Source: a virus | IMG/VR virus record: IMGVR_UViG_3300045988_128868 | Location: 1 to 38,916 of that record | Length of the DNA: 38,916 nucleotides | Strand: one strand, 5' to 3' | Shown: positions 6,728 through 15,454 of the stretch, piece by piece | Position numbering within the stretch: the first letter of the stretch is position 1 | Layout of the letters: each line of letters begins with the position of its first letter | The notes under the pieces: model-generated | Told to the model about the DNA's origin: nothing | Database searches by the model: none | The model's input: the letters and a program-made list of their open reading frames with translations, nothing else | Made by a program: the position numbers and the translations under genes

Positions 6728-8005
6728 ATGAAGATAAACAGCCTTGAGCTCGAGAATGTAAAGCGTATTAAGGCGGTCAAAATCGAGCCCACCGAAAACG
6801 GTCTGACTGTGATAGGCGGGCGTAACGGTCAGGGTAAGACCTCTGTGCTCGACAGCATTGCATGGGCGCTTGGGGGCGATAGATTTCGTCCGTCAGAGCC
6901 ACAGCGTGAGGGTTCTGTACTGCCGCCCAATCTCAAAATCACAATGGACAGCGGCATCATAGTGGAGCGCACCGGGAAGAACAGCACCTTGAAGGTCACA
7001 GACCCTACCGGCAGAAAAGGCGGTCAGCAGCTTATAAACGAGTTTATTTCTCAGCTTGCGCTTGATTTGCCGAGGTTCATGACCGCATCAAACAAGGAAA
7101 AAGCCAACACACTTTTGCGCATAATCGGCGTTGGAGACAGGCTCGCACAGCTTGAGCACGACGAGACGGAGCTCTACAACAAGCGCCACATGATTGGACA
7201 GATAGCCGATCAGAAACTCAAGTATGCCAGAGAGATGACGGAGTATTCGGATGTACCGGAGCAGCTGATTTCCGCATCCGAGCTTATCAAACAGCAGCAA
7301 GGTATTATGACGCATAACGCCGAGAATAAGCGTAAGCGTGACCGAGCCGCCGAGATACAGCATCATTATGACGCCGTCAACAGCAAAATAAACGGAATCC
7401 AGGCTGAGCTTCAACGTCTTATGACGGAGCAGCAGAGCCTTATGGATGACCTCAGAATCGCGCGCATGGAGACGGAGCACCTCGAGGATCTGAGCACCGC
7501 CGAGCTCGAAGAGGATATCGAAAATGTCGAAAAAACCAACATTAAAATCCGTGCCAACCTTGAAAAAGAGAAAGCGGAAGAGGATGCGAAAGTGTATCAG
7601 ACTCAGTACAGCCAGCTGACAAACGAGCTTGAAGATGTCAGGCAAAAGAAAACCGACTTGCTCAAGTCCGCACAGCTTCCGTTGCCGGGGCTGTCGGTCA
7701 AGGATGGCGAGCTGACATACAACGGCTTCAAGTGGGACAATATGTCCGGAGCGGATCAGCTCAAGGTTTCCACGGCCATCGTGCGCAAGCTCAACCCCAG
7801 TTGCGGGTTTGTGTTGCTTGATAAGCTCGAGCAGATGGATCTTGACACTCTTGCTGAGTTCGGCAAATGGCTTGAGTCTGAGGGGCTACAGGCGATAGCA
7901 ACGAGGGTCAGCACCGGCGATGAATGCAGTGTCCTTATAGAGGACGGATATGTGGTGAACGAACCGACGGAGACTAAAAAAGCATGGAAGGCAGGACAGT
8001 TTTAA
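6728..8005 (+). CDS. SMC/Rad50-like AAA ATPase (recombination/replication)
   Basis: 425 aa with Walker A GGRNGQGKTS, a long central coiled coil and a Walker B/D-loop FVLLDKLEQMDLDT. Confidence 0.8.
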   Translation: MKINSLELENVKRIKAVKIEPTENGLTVIGGRNGQGKTSVLDSIAWALGGDRFRPSEPQREGSVLPPNLKITMDSGIIVERTGKNSTLKVTDPTGRKGGQQLINEFISQLALDLPRFMTASNKEKANTLLRIIGVGDRLAQLEHDETELYNKRHMIGQIADQKLKYAREMTEYSDVPEQLISASELIKQQQGIMTHNAENKRKRDRAAEIQHHYDAVNSKINGIQAELQRLMTEQQSLMDDLRIARMETEHLEDLSTAELEEDIENVEKTNIKIRANLEKEKAEEDAKVYQTQYSQLTNELEDVRQKKTDLLKSAQLPLPGLSVKDGELTYNGFKWDNMSGADQLKVSTAIVRKLNPSCGFVLLDKLEQMDLDTLAEFGKWLESEGLQAIATRVSTGDECSVLIEDGYVVNEPTETKKAWKAGQF

Positions 8006-9078
8006 TGAACATAACATCAGGAATAATCGAAGATGCACAGCGGGTCATAGTTTACGGTCCGGAGGGAATCGGCAAATCAACCTTTGCTTCCAAGTTCCCG
8101 GGCGCGATTTTCATCGACACGGAAGGCAGCACAAAGAGGCTGAACGTTAAGCGTTTTGACAAACCGAGCAGTTGGACGATGCTTATCGAAGAGGTCAAAT
8201 ATGTTCGCGATCACCCCGAACTGTGTATGACGCTTGTCATCGACACAGCGGACTGGGCAGAGCAGCTTGCAAGTAATCATATATGTTCCGTAAATCACAA
8301 ACAGAGCATTGAGGACTTCGGATACGGCAAGGGCTATACAAAGCTCTACGAAGAGTTCGGCAGGCTTCTTGACCTGCTCAATGAGGTTATATCAAAAGGT
8401 ATTAACGTCGTGCTGACCGCTCACGCCAAAATGCGTAAGTTTGAGCAGCCGGACGAGCTCGGCGCATACGACCGCTGGGAGATGAAACTTTCAAAAAATG
8501 TCGCGCCGATCGTAAAAGAATGGGCAGACACGGTTCTCTTCGTCAACTATAAGACGTTCGTGATAAAGGACGAGAAGACTGACAGCAGAAAGGCACAGGG
8601 CGGCAGAAGGGTAATGTATACCAATCATCATCCCTGCTGGGATGCGAAGAACAGATACGGGCTGCCGGACGAGGTCGATTTCGATTTCAGCGTCATCGCA
8701 CCGTTTATTCCGTCTTCCGGTGCATATGTCGCAGCGGCGCCGGAAGATAAGCCGCAGACGAATGCGCTACCCGACCCGCCGAAAAAAAGCATAGAGGAGC
8801 TCAAGGCAAAAATCGACGAGTTTACCGCCGATGCCGATGAGCCTACTCCGAACACTGAGAACATTGAACCGAGTTCTGGCTTACCGGCAGCGCTGCGTGA
8901 ACTCATGACGGCGAACAACGTTACCGAAGATGAGCTTAGAAGTGCGGTAGCGTGGAAAGGTTACTTCACTGCCGACACGCCGATTCTCAATTATGGCGAA
9001 GCTTTCATTAACGGCTGCCTTATCGGCGCATGGGAGCAGGTCTACGATATCATCGTCAATCATATAAGAAAATTTTAA
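8005..9078 (+). CDS. AAA_24 / Sak4-like RecA-fold ATPase
   Basis: Starts at the TAATG overlap. Walker A is VYGPEGIGKSTF, with IFIDTEG and LVIDT motifs. There is a C-terminal extension of about 100 aa. Confidence 0.8.
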   Translation: MNITSGIIEDAQRVIVYGPEGIGKSTFASKFPGAIFIDTEGSTKRLNVKRFDKPSSWTMLIEEVKYVRDHPELCMTLVIDTADWAEQLASNHICSVNHKQSIEDFGYGKGYTKLYEEFGRLLDLLNEVISKGINVVLTAHAKMRKFEQPDELGAYDRWEMKLSKNVAPIVKEWADTVLFVNYKTFVIKDEKTDSRKAQGGRRVMYTNHHPCWDAKNRYGLPDEVDFDFSVIAPFIPSSGAYVAAAPEDKPQTNALPDPPKKSIEELKAKIDEFTADADEPTPNTENIEPSSGLPAALRELMTANNVTEDELRSAVAWKGYFTADTPILNYGEAFINGCLIGAWEQVYDIIVNHIRKF

Positions 9079-9097
9079 ATAAAAAGGAGTATTAACT

Positions 9098-9553
9098 ATG
9101 AACGAAAACTACAATACCAACAGAAACGACGCCCTCGACTGGGACAGTGTAATCGAAGCCGAAAACGAATTTGTACTTCTGCCGGAAGGGGAATATGAAT
9201 TCACCGTCAAGAGCTTTGAACGCGGCTATTTTAACGGCTCGGAGAAGATGTCTGCCTGCCCGAAAGCGGAGCTTACGCTTCAGATAGATGCGCCGCAGGG
9301 TACAGCAATCGTCAAACATAATCTTTTCCTCTCGCGTAAAACAGAAGGGCTTGTGTGCGCGTTTTTTATCAGTATCGGTCAGAAGAAACACGGCGAACCT
9401 CTGAGAATGAACTGGGCGCAGGTTGTAGGTTCAAAAGGCCGCTGCAAGATAGGGCAGAGACTTTACAACGATAATTATTACAATGAGGTCAAGAAATTCC
9501 TTGAGCCGGACGAATCCACTCAGCGTCCTGCTTTCACTCCGGGGAATTTTTAA
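9098..9553 (+). CDS. DUF669-like phage protein
   Basis: 151 aa. It sits in the conserved position between AAA_24 and the helicase. The N-terminal LDWDSVIE...FVLLPEGEYEF pattern is visible. Confidence 0.6.
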   Translation: MNENYNTNRNDALDWDSVIEAENEFVLLPEGEYEFTVKSFERGYFNGSEKMSACPKAELTLQIDAPQGTAIVKHNLFLSRKTEGLVCAFFISIGQKKHGEPLRMNWAQVVGSKGRCKIGQRLYNDNYYNEVKKFLEPDESTQRPAFTPGNF

Positions 9554-9556
9554 TCC

Positions 9557-11149
9557 TTGGACGCGAGACCTTATCAGCTGGAAGCAGAACGGGCAATATT
9601 CAACGAGTGGGCGAGCGGCAATAACCGCACATTGCTTGTCCTGCCGACCGGCACCGGCAAAACAGTCGTTTTCGCTAATGTTGCAAAGCAGTGTGTTCAG
9701 AACGGTGAGCGGGTTCTTGTGCTCGCTCACCGCGGCGAGCTGCTTGAACAAGCGGCGGACAAAATACTGAAATTTACCGGCTTGATGTGTGCCACAGAGA
9801 AAGCCGAAGAAAGCTGCCTCGGCAGCTGGTACCGTATAACCGTTGGCTCGGTGCAATCTTTACAGAGAGAAAAACGGCTCGAACAGTTCGACAGCGACTA
9901 TTTTGACGCCATAATCATCGACGAGGCGCATCACTGTCTTTCCGATGGTTATCAGCGCGTGCTTGAGCACTTTGGAGACGCGCATGTCTTAGGCGTCACC
10001 GCTACGCCGGACAGAGGCGATATGCGCAATCTCGGCACATACTTTGATTCCCTTGCTTATGAATACACTCTTCCACAGGCTATCAAAGACGGTTATCTTT
10101 CGCCTATAAAAGCCCTCACGATTCCTTTAGCTCTCGACTTAACGGGCGTATCTATGCAGAACGGAGATTTCAAGGCGGCCGATATCGACAACGCCTTGGA
10201 TCCGTATCTGTATCAGATTGCCGACGAGATGATAAAGAACTGCAAGGAGCGCAAAACAGTCGTGTTTCTGCCGCTTATAAAGACCTCGCAAAAATTTCGG
10301 GATATTCTGAATGAGCGCGGTTTCCAGGCTGCGGAAGTCAACGGCGGAAGTCAGGACAGGGCTGAAATAATCGAAGCCTTTGAGCGCGGCGAATATAATG
10401 TGCTTTGTAACTCCATGCTCTTGACGGAAGGCTGGGACTGCCCGGCGGTCGATTGCGTCATCGTGTTAAGACCGACAAAGGTCAGAAGCCTATACAGTCA
10501 AATGGTCGGGCGCGGAACGCGCCTTGCGCCCGGCAAGAAGGATCTTCTGCTGCTCGATTTCTTGTGGCACACAGAGCGCCATGAACTTTGTCATCCTGCT
10601 CATCTGATATGTGAAAACGAAGAGGTCGCAAAAAAGATGACGGAGAATATCGAAGCGGCAGGTTGTCCGGTTGATATTGAGGCTGCCGAGCAGCAAGCCG
10701 AGAGCGATGTCGTCGCTCAGCGTGAAGAAGCTCTTGCGGCGCAGCTCAAGGAAATGAGGAAGCGCAAGCGCAGACTTGTCGACCCGCTGCAGTATGAAAT
10801 GTCGATTTCCGCGCAGGATCTTTCAAGCTATGTTCCGGCGTTCGGTTGGGAATGCGCTCCGCCGACGGAAAAACAGATTAAAACGCTCGAAAAGCTCGGT
10901 ATATTTCCCGACGCAATCGAGAACGCCGGCAAGGCAAAGCTTCTGCTTGACCGCCTCAGCAAGCGCCGCGAAGAAGGTCTCACAACGCCGAAACAAATAC
11001 GCTTTTTGGAATCCCGCGGTTTTCTGCATGTAGGCGAATGGAGCTTTGACGCTGCAACAAAGATGATAAATCGCATAGCTGCAAACGATTGGCGTGTTCC
11101 GCGCGGCATTGTGCCTAAAGACTATAAACCGGAGGCAATGACGATATGA
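9557..11149 (+). CDS. SF2 DEAD/DEAH-box helicase
   Basis: 530 aa with RPYQ, LPTGTGKT (motif I), IIIDEAHH (motif II), TATP and QMVGRGTR (motif VI). It has a TTG start, so the start position is uncertain. Confidence 0.88.
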   Translation: MDARPYQLEAERAIFNEWASGNNRTLLVLPTGTGKTVVFANVAKQCVQNGERVLVLAHRGELLEQAADKILKFTGLMCATEKAEESCLGSWYRITVGSVQSLQREKRLEQFDSDYFDAIIIDEAHHCLSDGYQRVLEHFGDAHVLGVTATPDRGDMRNLGTYFDSLAYEYTLPQAIKDGYLSPIKALTIPLALDLTGVSMQNGDFKAADIDNALDPYLYQIADEMIKNCKERKTVVFLPLIKTSQKFRDILNERGFQAAEVNGGSQDRAEIIEAFERGEYNVLCNSMLLTEGWDCPAVDCVIVLRPTKVRSLYSQMVGRGTRLAPGKKDLLLLDFLWHTERHELCHPAHLICENEEVAKKMTENIEAAGCPVDIEAAEQQAESDVVAQREEALAAQLKEMRKRKRRLVDPLQYEMSISAQDLSSYVPAFGWECAPPTEKQIKTLEKLGIFPDAIENAGKAKLLLDRLSKRREEGLTTPKQIRFLESRGFLHVGEWSFDAATKMINRIAANDWRVPRGIVPKDYKPEAMTI

Positions 11150-13425
11150 CAGAAGAAAAGCTCGACCTGAAAGAGCTGATAAAATACATAGACCCGGCTG
11201 CTTGCACATATTCCGAATGGGTGGAAGTCGGCATGGCGCTTAAGCATGAGGGATACAGCTGCGATGACTGGGATGAATGGTCACGCCCGGACAAGCGCTA
11301 TCATGCCGGCGACTGCGAAAAAAAGTGGAATACCTTCAACGGCGCCGCTGCACCGGTTACGGCGGGGACTATCGTTCAGATGGCAAAAGATAACGGCTGG
11401 CATTTTCAGGCAGATGACGGCGCGCTTGACTGGGACAGCGTTATCGGAGAACAAAAGGATGATCTTGTTCTTGTCGACAAAAGCTGGATTGAAGGCAAGG
11501 AGTTGAATATTCCCGACAAATGGAATCCCGTAGAGCAGATTACCAAATATCTCGAAACGCTCTTTGAGGCGGGGGAGACGGTCGGTTATGTCACCGAAAG
11601 CTGGGAAAAAGACAGTAAATACCTGCCGACGAAAGGCGTGTATACCAGGACTGCGGGAGAGCTTATAGAGGCTCTGAGCAAATGCGAGGGCGACATAGGT
11701 CGCGTAATAGGCGACTGCAAGCCGGAGGCGGGGGCGTGGATACGCTTCAATCCTCTGGACGGCAAAGGCGTCAAAAATGAAAATGTGACGGAGTTCCGAT
11801 ATGCTTTGGTCGAATCCGATACGACCGACATCACTCATCAAAACCAGATAATACGCGAGCTCGAGCTGCCGATTGCCTGTCTCGTTTATAGCGGAGGAAA
11901 GAGTCTGCACGCCATTGTACGCATCGATGCCGCGAACTTTGACGAATACCGCAAGCGCGTTGATTACCTCTATGACGTATGCAAGAAAAACGGCATAGAT
12001 ATCGACCGCCAGAACAAAAATCCGTCGCGGCTGAGCCGTATGCCGGGCATTGAACGCAACGGAAAGAAACAATATCTGCTTGATACCAACATCGGCAAGA
12101 GCTCATGGAACGAATGGAAAGAATGGATTGAAAGCATAAACGACGACCTGCCGGATCCGGAGAGTGTCGCCGATGTGTGGAACGACCTGCCGGAGCTTGC
12201 GCCGCCGCTTATAGACGGAGTTCTGCGGCAGGGACACAAAATGCTTGTCGCAGGACCGTCAAAGGCCGGCAAGTCTTTTGCGCTGATAGAGCTGTGCTGC
12301 GCCATAGCCGAGGGGCGCGCATGGCTGGGCTTCAAATGTACCCAGGGCAAGATAATGTATGTCAATCTCGAGCTTGACCGTGCGAGCTGTCTGCACCGTT
12401 TTAAAGATGTCTATACAACGCTCGGCTGGGCTGCGGAAAACCTACATAACATCGATGTGTGGAACCTGCGCGGCAAGTCCATTCCGATGGATAAACTCGC
12501 GCCGAAGCTCATCAGACGCGCTGCAAAGAAAAACTATATCGCCATTGTCATTGACCCGATTTATAAAATCATCACCGGCGACGAAAACAGCGCAGATCAG
12601 ATGGCGCATTTCTGCAACCAGTTTGACAAGGTCTGTACCGAGCTCGGGTGTGCGGTTATCTACTGCCACCACCATTCAAAAGGCGCTCAGGGCGGCAAGA
12701 GGAGCATGGACAGAGCATCCGGCAGCGGAGTGTTCGCCCGCGACCCCGACGCGCTGCTCGACCTCATAGAGCTTGATATAACCGACGGTATCCGCAAACA
12801 GCAAGAGGACAAGGCACAGCAGGAAATCTGTCTCAAATGGATGCGCCGCTTCAAGCTGCCGGAACCGTCGCAGGACGAAGAGAATACCGCGCACGAGCTG
12901 CTCAAAATGTGCGGCGAGAGTCTATCTCCGGCATCCCGCGATCTTATGCTTGCCGAAGTCAGAACAGCGTGGAACAGCATAGAGCAGCGTACCGCGTGGC
13001 GCGTCGAGGGCACCCTGCGTGAGTTTCCGAAGTTCGCTCCGGTCAATCTTTGGTTCGATTATCCCGTGCATCGGATAGATGATACCGGTGTGCTGGAGGA
13101 CATAAAGCCGGAGGATGATAAGCCGGCATGGCAGAAAAAACGTAGCGACCCGCAAAAGAAAGAAAATGTGAATAAGGGCAAAAAGACAGAATCAAGTGCT
13201 ACATTAAAAAGATATAACGAACTCGAAATTGCTTATTCATCTTTGAAGTTTGGTCAGGAAAAAGTGAGAATAGGTGATATTCAAAAAGCGTTAAACCTCA
13301 GTCGAAACGCTGTAAGGGTACGCATTGATAATCACCCGAATTTTTACCGTGATGATAGGGGGTATGTTTTTAGAAGTGACGGGGAAACACGACCCCCTAA
13401 ACCAGAGGAAAAAGAGGGGGTGTAA
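11146..13425 (+). CDS. Primase (PriCT-2 / prim-pol-like) fused to an AAA_25 RepA-like ATPase, with a C-terminal wHTH-like tail
   Basis: 759 aa with an ATGA overlap to the helicase. The N-terminal WVEVGMALKHEGYSCDDWDEWS is PriCT-2-like. Walker A is VAGPSKAGKSF. Confidence 0.8.
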   Translation: MTEEKLDLKELIKYIDPAACTYSEWVEVGMALKHEGYSCDDWDEWSRPDKRYHAGDCEKKWNTFNGAAAPVTAGTIVQMAKDNGWHFQADDGALDWDSVIGEQKDDLVLVDKSWIEGKELNIPDKWNPVEQITKYLETLFEAGETVGYVTESWEKDSKYLPTKGVYTRTAGELIEALSKCEGDIGRVIGDCKPEAGAWIRFNPLDGKGVKNENVTEFRYALVESDTTDITHQNQIIRELELPIACLVYSGGKSLHAIVRIDAANFDEYRKRVDYLYDVCKKNGIDIDRQNKNPSRLSRMPGIERNGKKQYLLDTNIGKSSWNEWKEWIESINDDLPDPESVADVWNDLPELAPPLIDGVLRQGHKMLVAGPSKAGKSFALIELCCAIAEGRAWLGFKCTQGKIMYVNLELDRASCLHRFKDVYTTLGWAAENLHNIDVWNLRGKSIPMDKLAPKLIRRAAKKNYIAIVIDPIYKIITGDENSADQMAHFCNQFDKVCTELGCAVIYCHHHSKGAQGGKRSMDRASGSGVFARDPDALLDLIELDITDGIRKQQEDKAQQEICLKWMRRFKLPEPSQDEENTAHELLKMCGESLSPASRDLMLAEVRTAWNSIEQRTAWRVEGTLREFPKFAPVNLWFDYPVHRIDDTGVLEDIKPEDDKPAWQKKRSDPQKKENVNKGKKTESSATLKRYNELEIAYSSLKFGQEKVRIGDIQKALNLSRNAVRVRIDNHPNFYRDDRGYVFRSDGETRPPKPEEKEGV

Positions 13426-13437
13426 GAGGGGGGTGGT

Positions 13438-13467
13438 AAAAGCCCTTATATACATAAGGGCTTTTTA
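13438..13467 (+). terminator. Rho-independent terminator after the replication module
   Basis: The stem pairs AGCCCTTAT with ATAAGGGCT around a 4-nt loop, followed by TTTTT. Confidence 0.75.
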
Positions 13468-13470
13468 CAC

Positions 13471-13557
13471 ACACCCCCCCTCACCCCCGAATCTCTCTTT
13501 CCTAAAAGCAAAACAGCCCCCCTGTAAAAAAAACACCCCCCTTAAAAATAGCCCCCT
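13471..13557 (+). repeat. Cluster of five C-tract motifs, including three AAAAnAnCCCCC iteron-like direct repeats
   Basis: C7 at 13474-13480, C5 at 13484-13488, C6 at 13517-13522, C6 at 13536-13541 and C5 at 13552-13556. Inverted G-tract copies (GAGGGGGTGT, GAGGGGGGTGG) at 13415-13437 flank the terminator. Confidence 0.7.
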
Positions 13558-13576
13558 ATAGAAAGGAGTGAAAACG

Positions 13577-13789
13577 ATGAGGAACATATTAAGAGAAGAG
13601 CGTCACAAAAAAGGAATGACGCAGAAGCAAGTAGCTGATTTGTTGGGAATTTCAGAACGCGGTTATAAATTCATAGAATACGGTCAACGAACGGGATCAA
13701 TTGAGATATGGGATAAACTTGAAGATATATTCAATGTTCATCAGCGCCTTTTGAGATGCAATTCCGTCCCAAAAGATAGTCGGTCGTAA
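13577..13789 (+). CDS. XRE-family HTH regulator
   Basis: 70 aa from MRNILREERHKKGMTQKQVADLLGISERGYKFIEYG, with AGGAG 8 nt upstream. Its 3' end overlaps the convergent HTH gene by 59 nt. Confidence 0.75.
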   Translation: MRNILREERHKKGMTQKQVADLLGISERGYKFIEYGQRTGSIEIWDKLEDIFNVHQRLLRCNSVPKDSRS

Positions 13790-13955
13790 CGCGCAGTTTG
13801 TCGGCGATGCGCGATAATGTTTCAAGATTTGGTTCTCTCGAACCGGATTCGTAGAATCTATATGCTCTAAGGCTTATTCCGAGATAATCAGCCATTTGCT
13901 GTGCGGTAAATCCGCATTTGATTCGCGTATCGTGCAAACATTTCCCGAAATTCAT
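13731..13955 (-). CDS. XRE-family HTH regulator (convergent with 13577-13789, divergent from the 14059 operon)
   Basis: 74 aa from MNFGKCLHDTRIKCGFTAQQMADYLGISLRAYRFYESG, with a GGAGG RBS at 13964-13968 (reverse complement). Confidence 0.8.
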   Translation of the reverse strand: MNFGKCLHDTRIKCGFTAQQMADYLGISLRAYRFYESGSREPNLETLSRIADKLRVTTDYLLGRNCISKGADEH

Positions 13956-13977
13956 TTTAAAAACCTCCAAAAAAGTC

Positions 13978-14039
13978 TTGACAATGTACAAAGTGTACAC
14001 TATAATCAAACAAAAAAACAGTGTACAAAATGTACACTA
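13978..14039 (+). promoter_or_regulatory. Consensus promoter (TTGACA-17-TATAAT) with two 19-nt TGTACA-containing operators
   Basis: -35 at 13978-13983 and -10 at 14001-14006. ATGTACAAAGTGTACACTA (13984-14002) fills the spacer. GTGTACAAAATGTACACTA (14021-14039) lies between the predicted transcription start and the RBS. Confidence 0.75.
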
Positions 14040-14058
14040 ACAAATGGAGGTTAATAAA

Positions 14059-14346
14059 ATGTCAGACTTCAAGATCGTAAATGCCAGATTTGTGCCAGCT
14101 CCCGAAAACACTACAACGGAGATTGTCCCCGGAGTGTTCTTGCCGGTAAAAGAGTATGCTCTGTTAGAGGGAGACAATTATCCTATCCCGGTTATTGAGA
14201 CTGTATCGGATTACAAGTGGCAGCTTGATTGTTTAAACAGCCGTCTCGAAAATCCCGAAAAATACCGAGAGGGTGGGGAGGATGTCGAAGCGGTAATTGC
14301 AAAGCTTCGGCAATGGCTTGAAGAACATAAAAACGAAAAAGAATAA
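14059..14346 (+). CDS. Acidic hypothetical protein
   Basis: 95 aa from MSDFKIV, with a GGAGG RBS. It is the first gene of the operator-controlled operon. Confidence 0.7.
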   Translation: MSDFKIVNARFVPAPENTTTEIVPGVFLPVKEYALLEGDNYPIPVIETVSDYKWQLDCLNSRLENPEKYREGGEDVEAVIAKLRQWLEEHKNEKE

Positions 14347-14368
14347 TAGTAAAGGGAGAATTAATGCC

Positions 14369-14560
14369 ATGAAAAAATATTGCCCATTGATAAGAAAGAA
14401 ATGCTTAAAAAGTAAGTGCTGCTGTTGGGAAGACAAGGGGTGTTTTTGTAACTTTTTCTCTAACATTGGAGCCATTTATAAACTCGACTACATACAAGAA
14501 GCAGTAGAAGAGATTTTAGAAAGTTTAGATGATATATTGGAGAATCAAAATGACAACTGA
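14369..14560 (+). CDS. Small Cys-rich hypothetical protein
   Basis: 63 aa (MKKYCPLIRKKCLKSKCCCWEDKGCFCNFF...) with a GGGAG RBS. Confidence 0.6.
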   Translation: MKKYCPLIRKKCLKSKCCCWEDKGCFCNFFSNIGAIYKLDYIQEAVEEILESLDDILENQNDN

Positions 14561-14957
14561 ATTTTTCATGCCGATGCATCCGCCCACGGTAACGCATCAC
14601 GACAAAAAGATAACCGTCAAAAACGGTAAGGCGATAATGTACGATTCAACCGAGCTGAAAGCGGCAAGGAGTAAGCTGACGGCACACCTGGCAGAACACA
14701 TTCCGCAGGAACCGTATTCGGGCGCGGTCAGGCTGATGGTCAAATGGTGCTTCAGCAATACAGGGACTAAGCACAGAGACGGGGAATGGAAAACCTCGAA
14801 GCCCGATACGGACAATCTCGAGAAAGCCTTGAAGGACTGCATGACCCGCCTGCACTTTTGGAAGGACGATGCGCAGGTCGCATCGGAGATCAGCGAAAAG
14901 TTTTGGGCTGCCGTGCCGGGAATTTATGTGAGAATAGAGGGGCTGCTTTCAATATGA
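14550..14957 (+). CDS. rusA: RusA-family Holliday junction resolvase
   Basis: The KPDTDNLEKALKDCMT...WKDDAQV motif is diagnostic of RusA. The start is at MTTEFF. Confidence 0.85.
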   Translation: MTTEFFMPMHPPTVTHHDKKITVKNGKAIMYDSTELKAARSKLTAHLAEHIPQEPYSGAVRLMVKWCFSNTGTKHRDGEWKTSKPDTDNLEKALKDCMTRLHFWKDDAQVASEISEKFWAAVPGIYVRIEGLLSI

Positions 14958-15154
14958 AACAAATAACTCAGGAAGAGACCAACAGGCGCTACATACGGGA
15001 GCGGACAAGTGACCGGGAAACACACTGCCTGAGATGTTATTACTGCTGCAAGATATTCGAGGCAGGAGATGATAGTCGGTATGTTTGCCCGAAATGCGGC
15101 CGAGAACTCATTGAAACGGGATTTTTGAAAGTGAGTGACGACTATGATGTATGA
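14954..15154 (+). CDS. Zinc-ribbon small protein
   Basis: 66 aa with an ATGA overlap to rusA. The CLRC...CPKC pairs are visible. Confidence 0.6.
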   Translation: MKQITQEETNRRYIRERTSDRETHCLRCYYCCKIFEAGDDSRYVCPKCGRELIETGFLKVSDDYDV

Positions 15155-15449
15155 AGATGCGCTTCGCGAGGTATTAAACCGAGTTTATCGAAACACAGAT
15201 GATTGCGAAATGTTAAGCATAAAGTCAGCTCCCGCCGCCGCCGACTATTGGCTTAGACAGGGTTATTCCCTTGAGGACACCAACGAACTTATCAAGGCAA
15301 GTACCGCCCTTTCCAAGACAGGTCTTATTAGTTCTGCTGAGGCAGCTCAGTACCTCACCTCAGCGATTGGCGGTTTTGCCGAAGGTATGAGTAACATCGC
15401 AAACTCGGCACGTCTTGCGGCGCAAAAATGGAAAAATGGACGGAGGTAA
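15144..15449 (+). CDS. Hypothetical; resembles a tape-measure-protein core fragment
   Basis: The segment GYSLEDTNELIKASTALSKTGLISSAEAAQYLTSAIGGF looks like the TP901-type TMP core repeat. It is displaced into the early/middle region. Confidence 0.45.
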   Translation: MMYEDALREVLNRVYRNTDDCEMLSIKSAPAAADYWLRQGYSLEDTNELIKASTALSKTGLISSAEAAQYLTSAIGGFAEGMSNIANSARLAAQKWKNGRR

Positions 15450-15454
15450 CAACA

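Noticed and set aside
7088-7645. 185-aa minus-strand ORF inside the SMC-like ATPase gene
   Set aside because: It is an antisense shadow ORF within a well-supported plus-strand gene. It has no RBS and its composition is low-complexity and hydrophobic.
11281-12072. 263-aa minus-strand ORF inside the primase gene
   Set aside because: It is a shadow ORF of a GC-rich coding region. It has no RBS or promoter, and the plus-strand protein carries clear primase and Walker motifs.
13474-13480. C7 homopolymer as a phase-variation switch
   Set aside because: It is intergenic and is not positioned in a promoter spacer or ORF that I can identify. It is kept only as a side note under the iteron finding.
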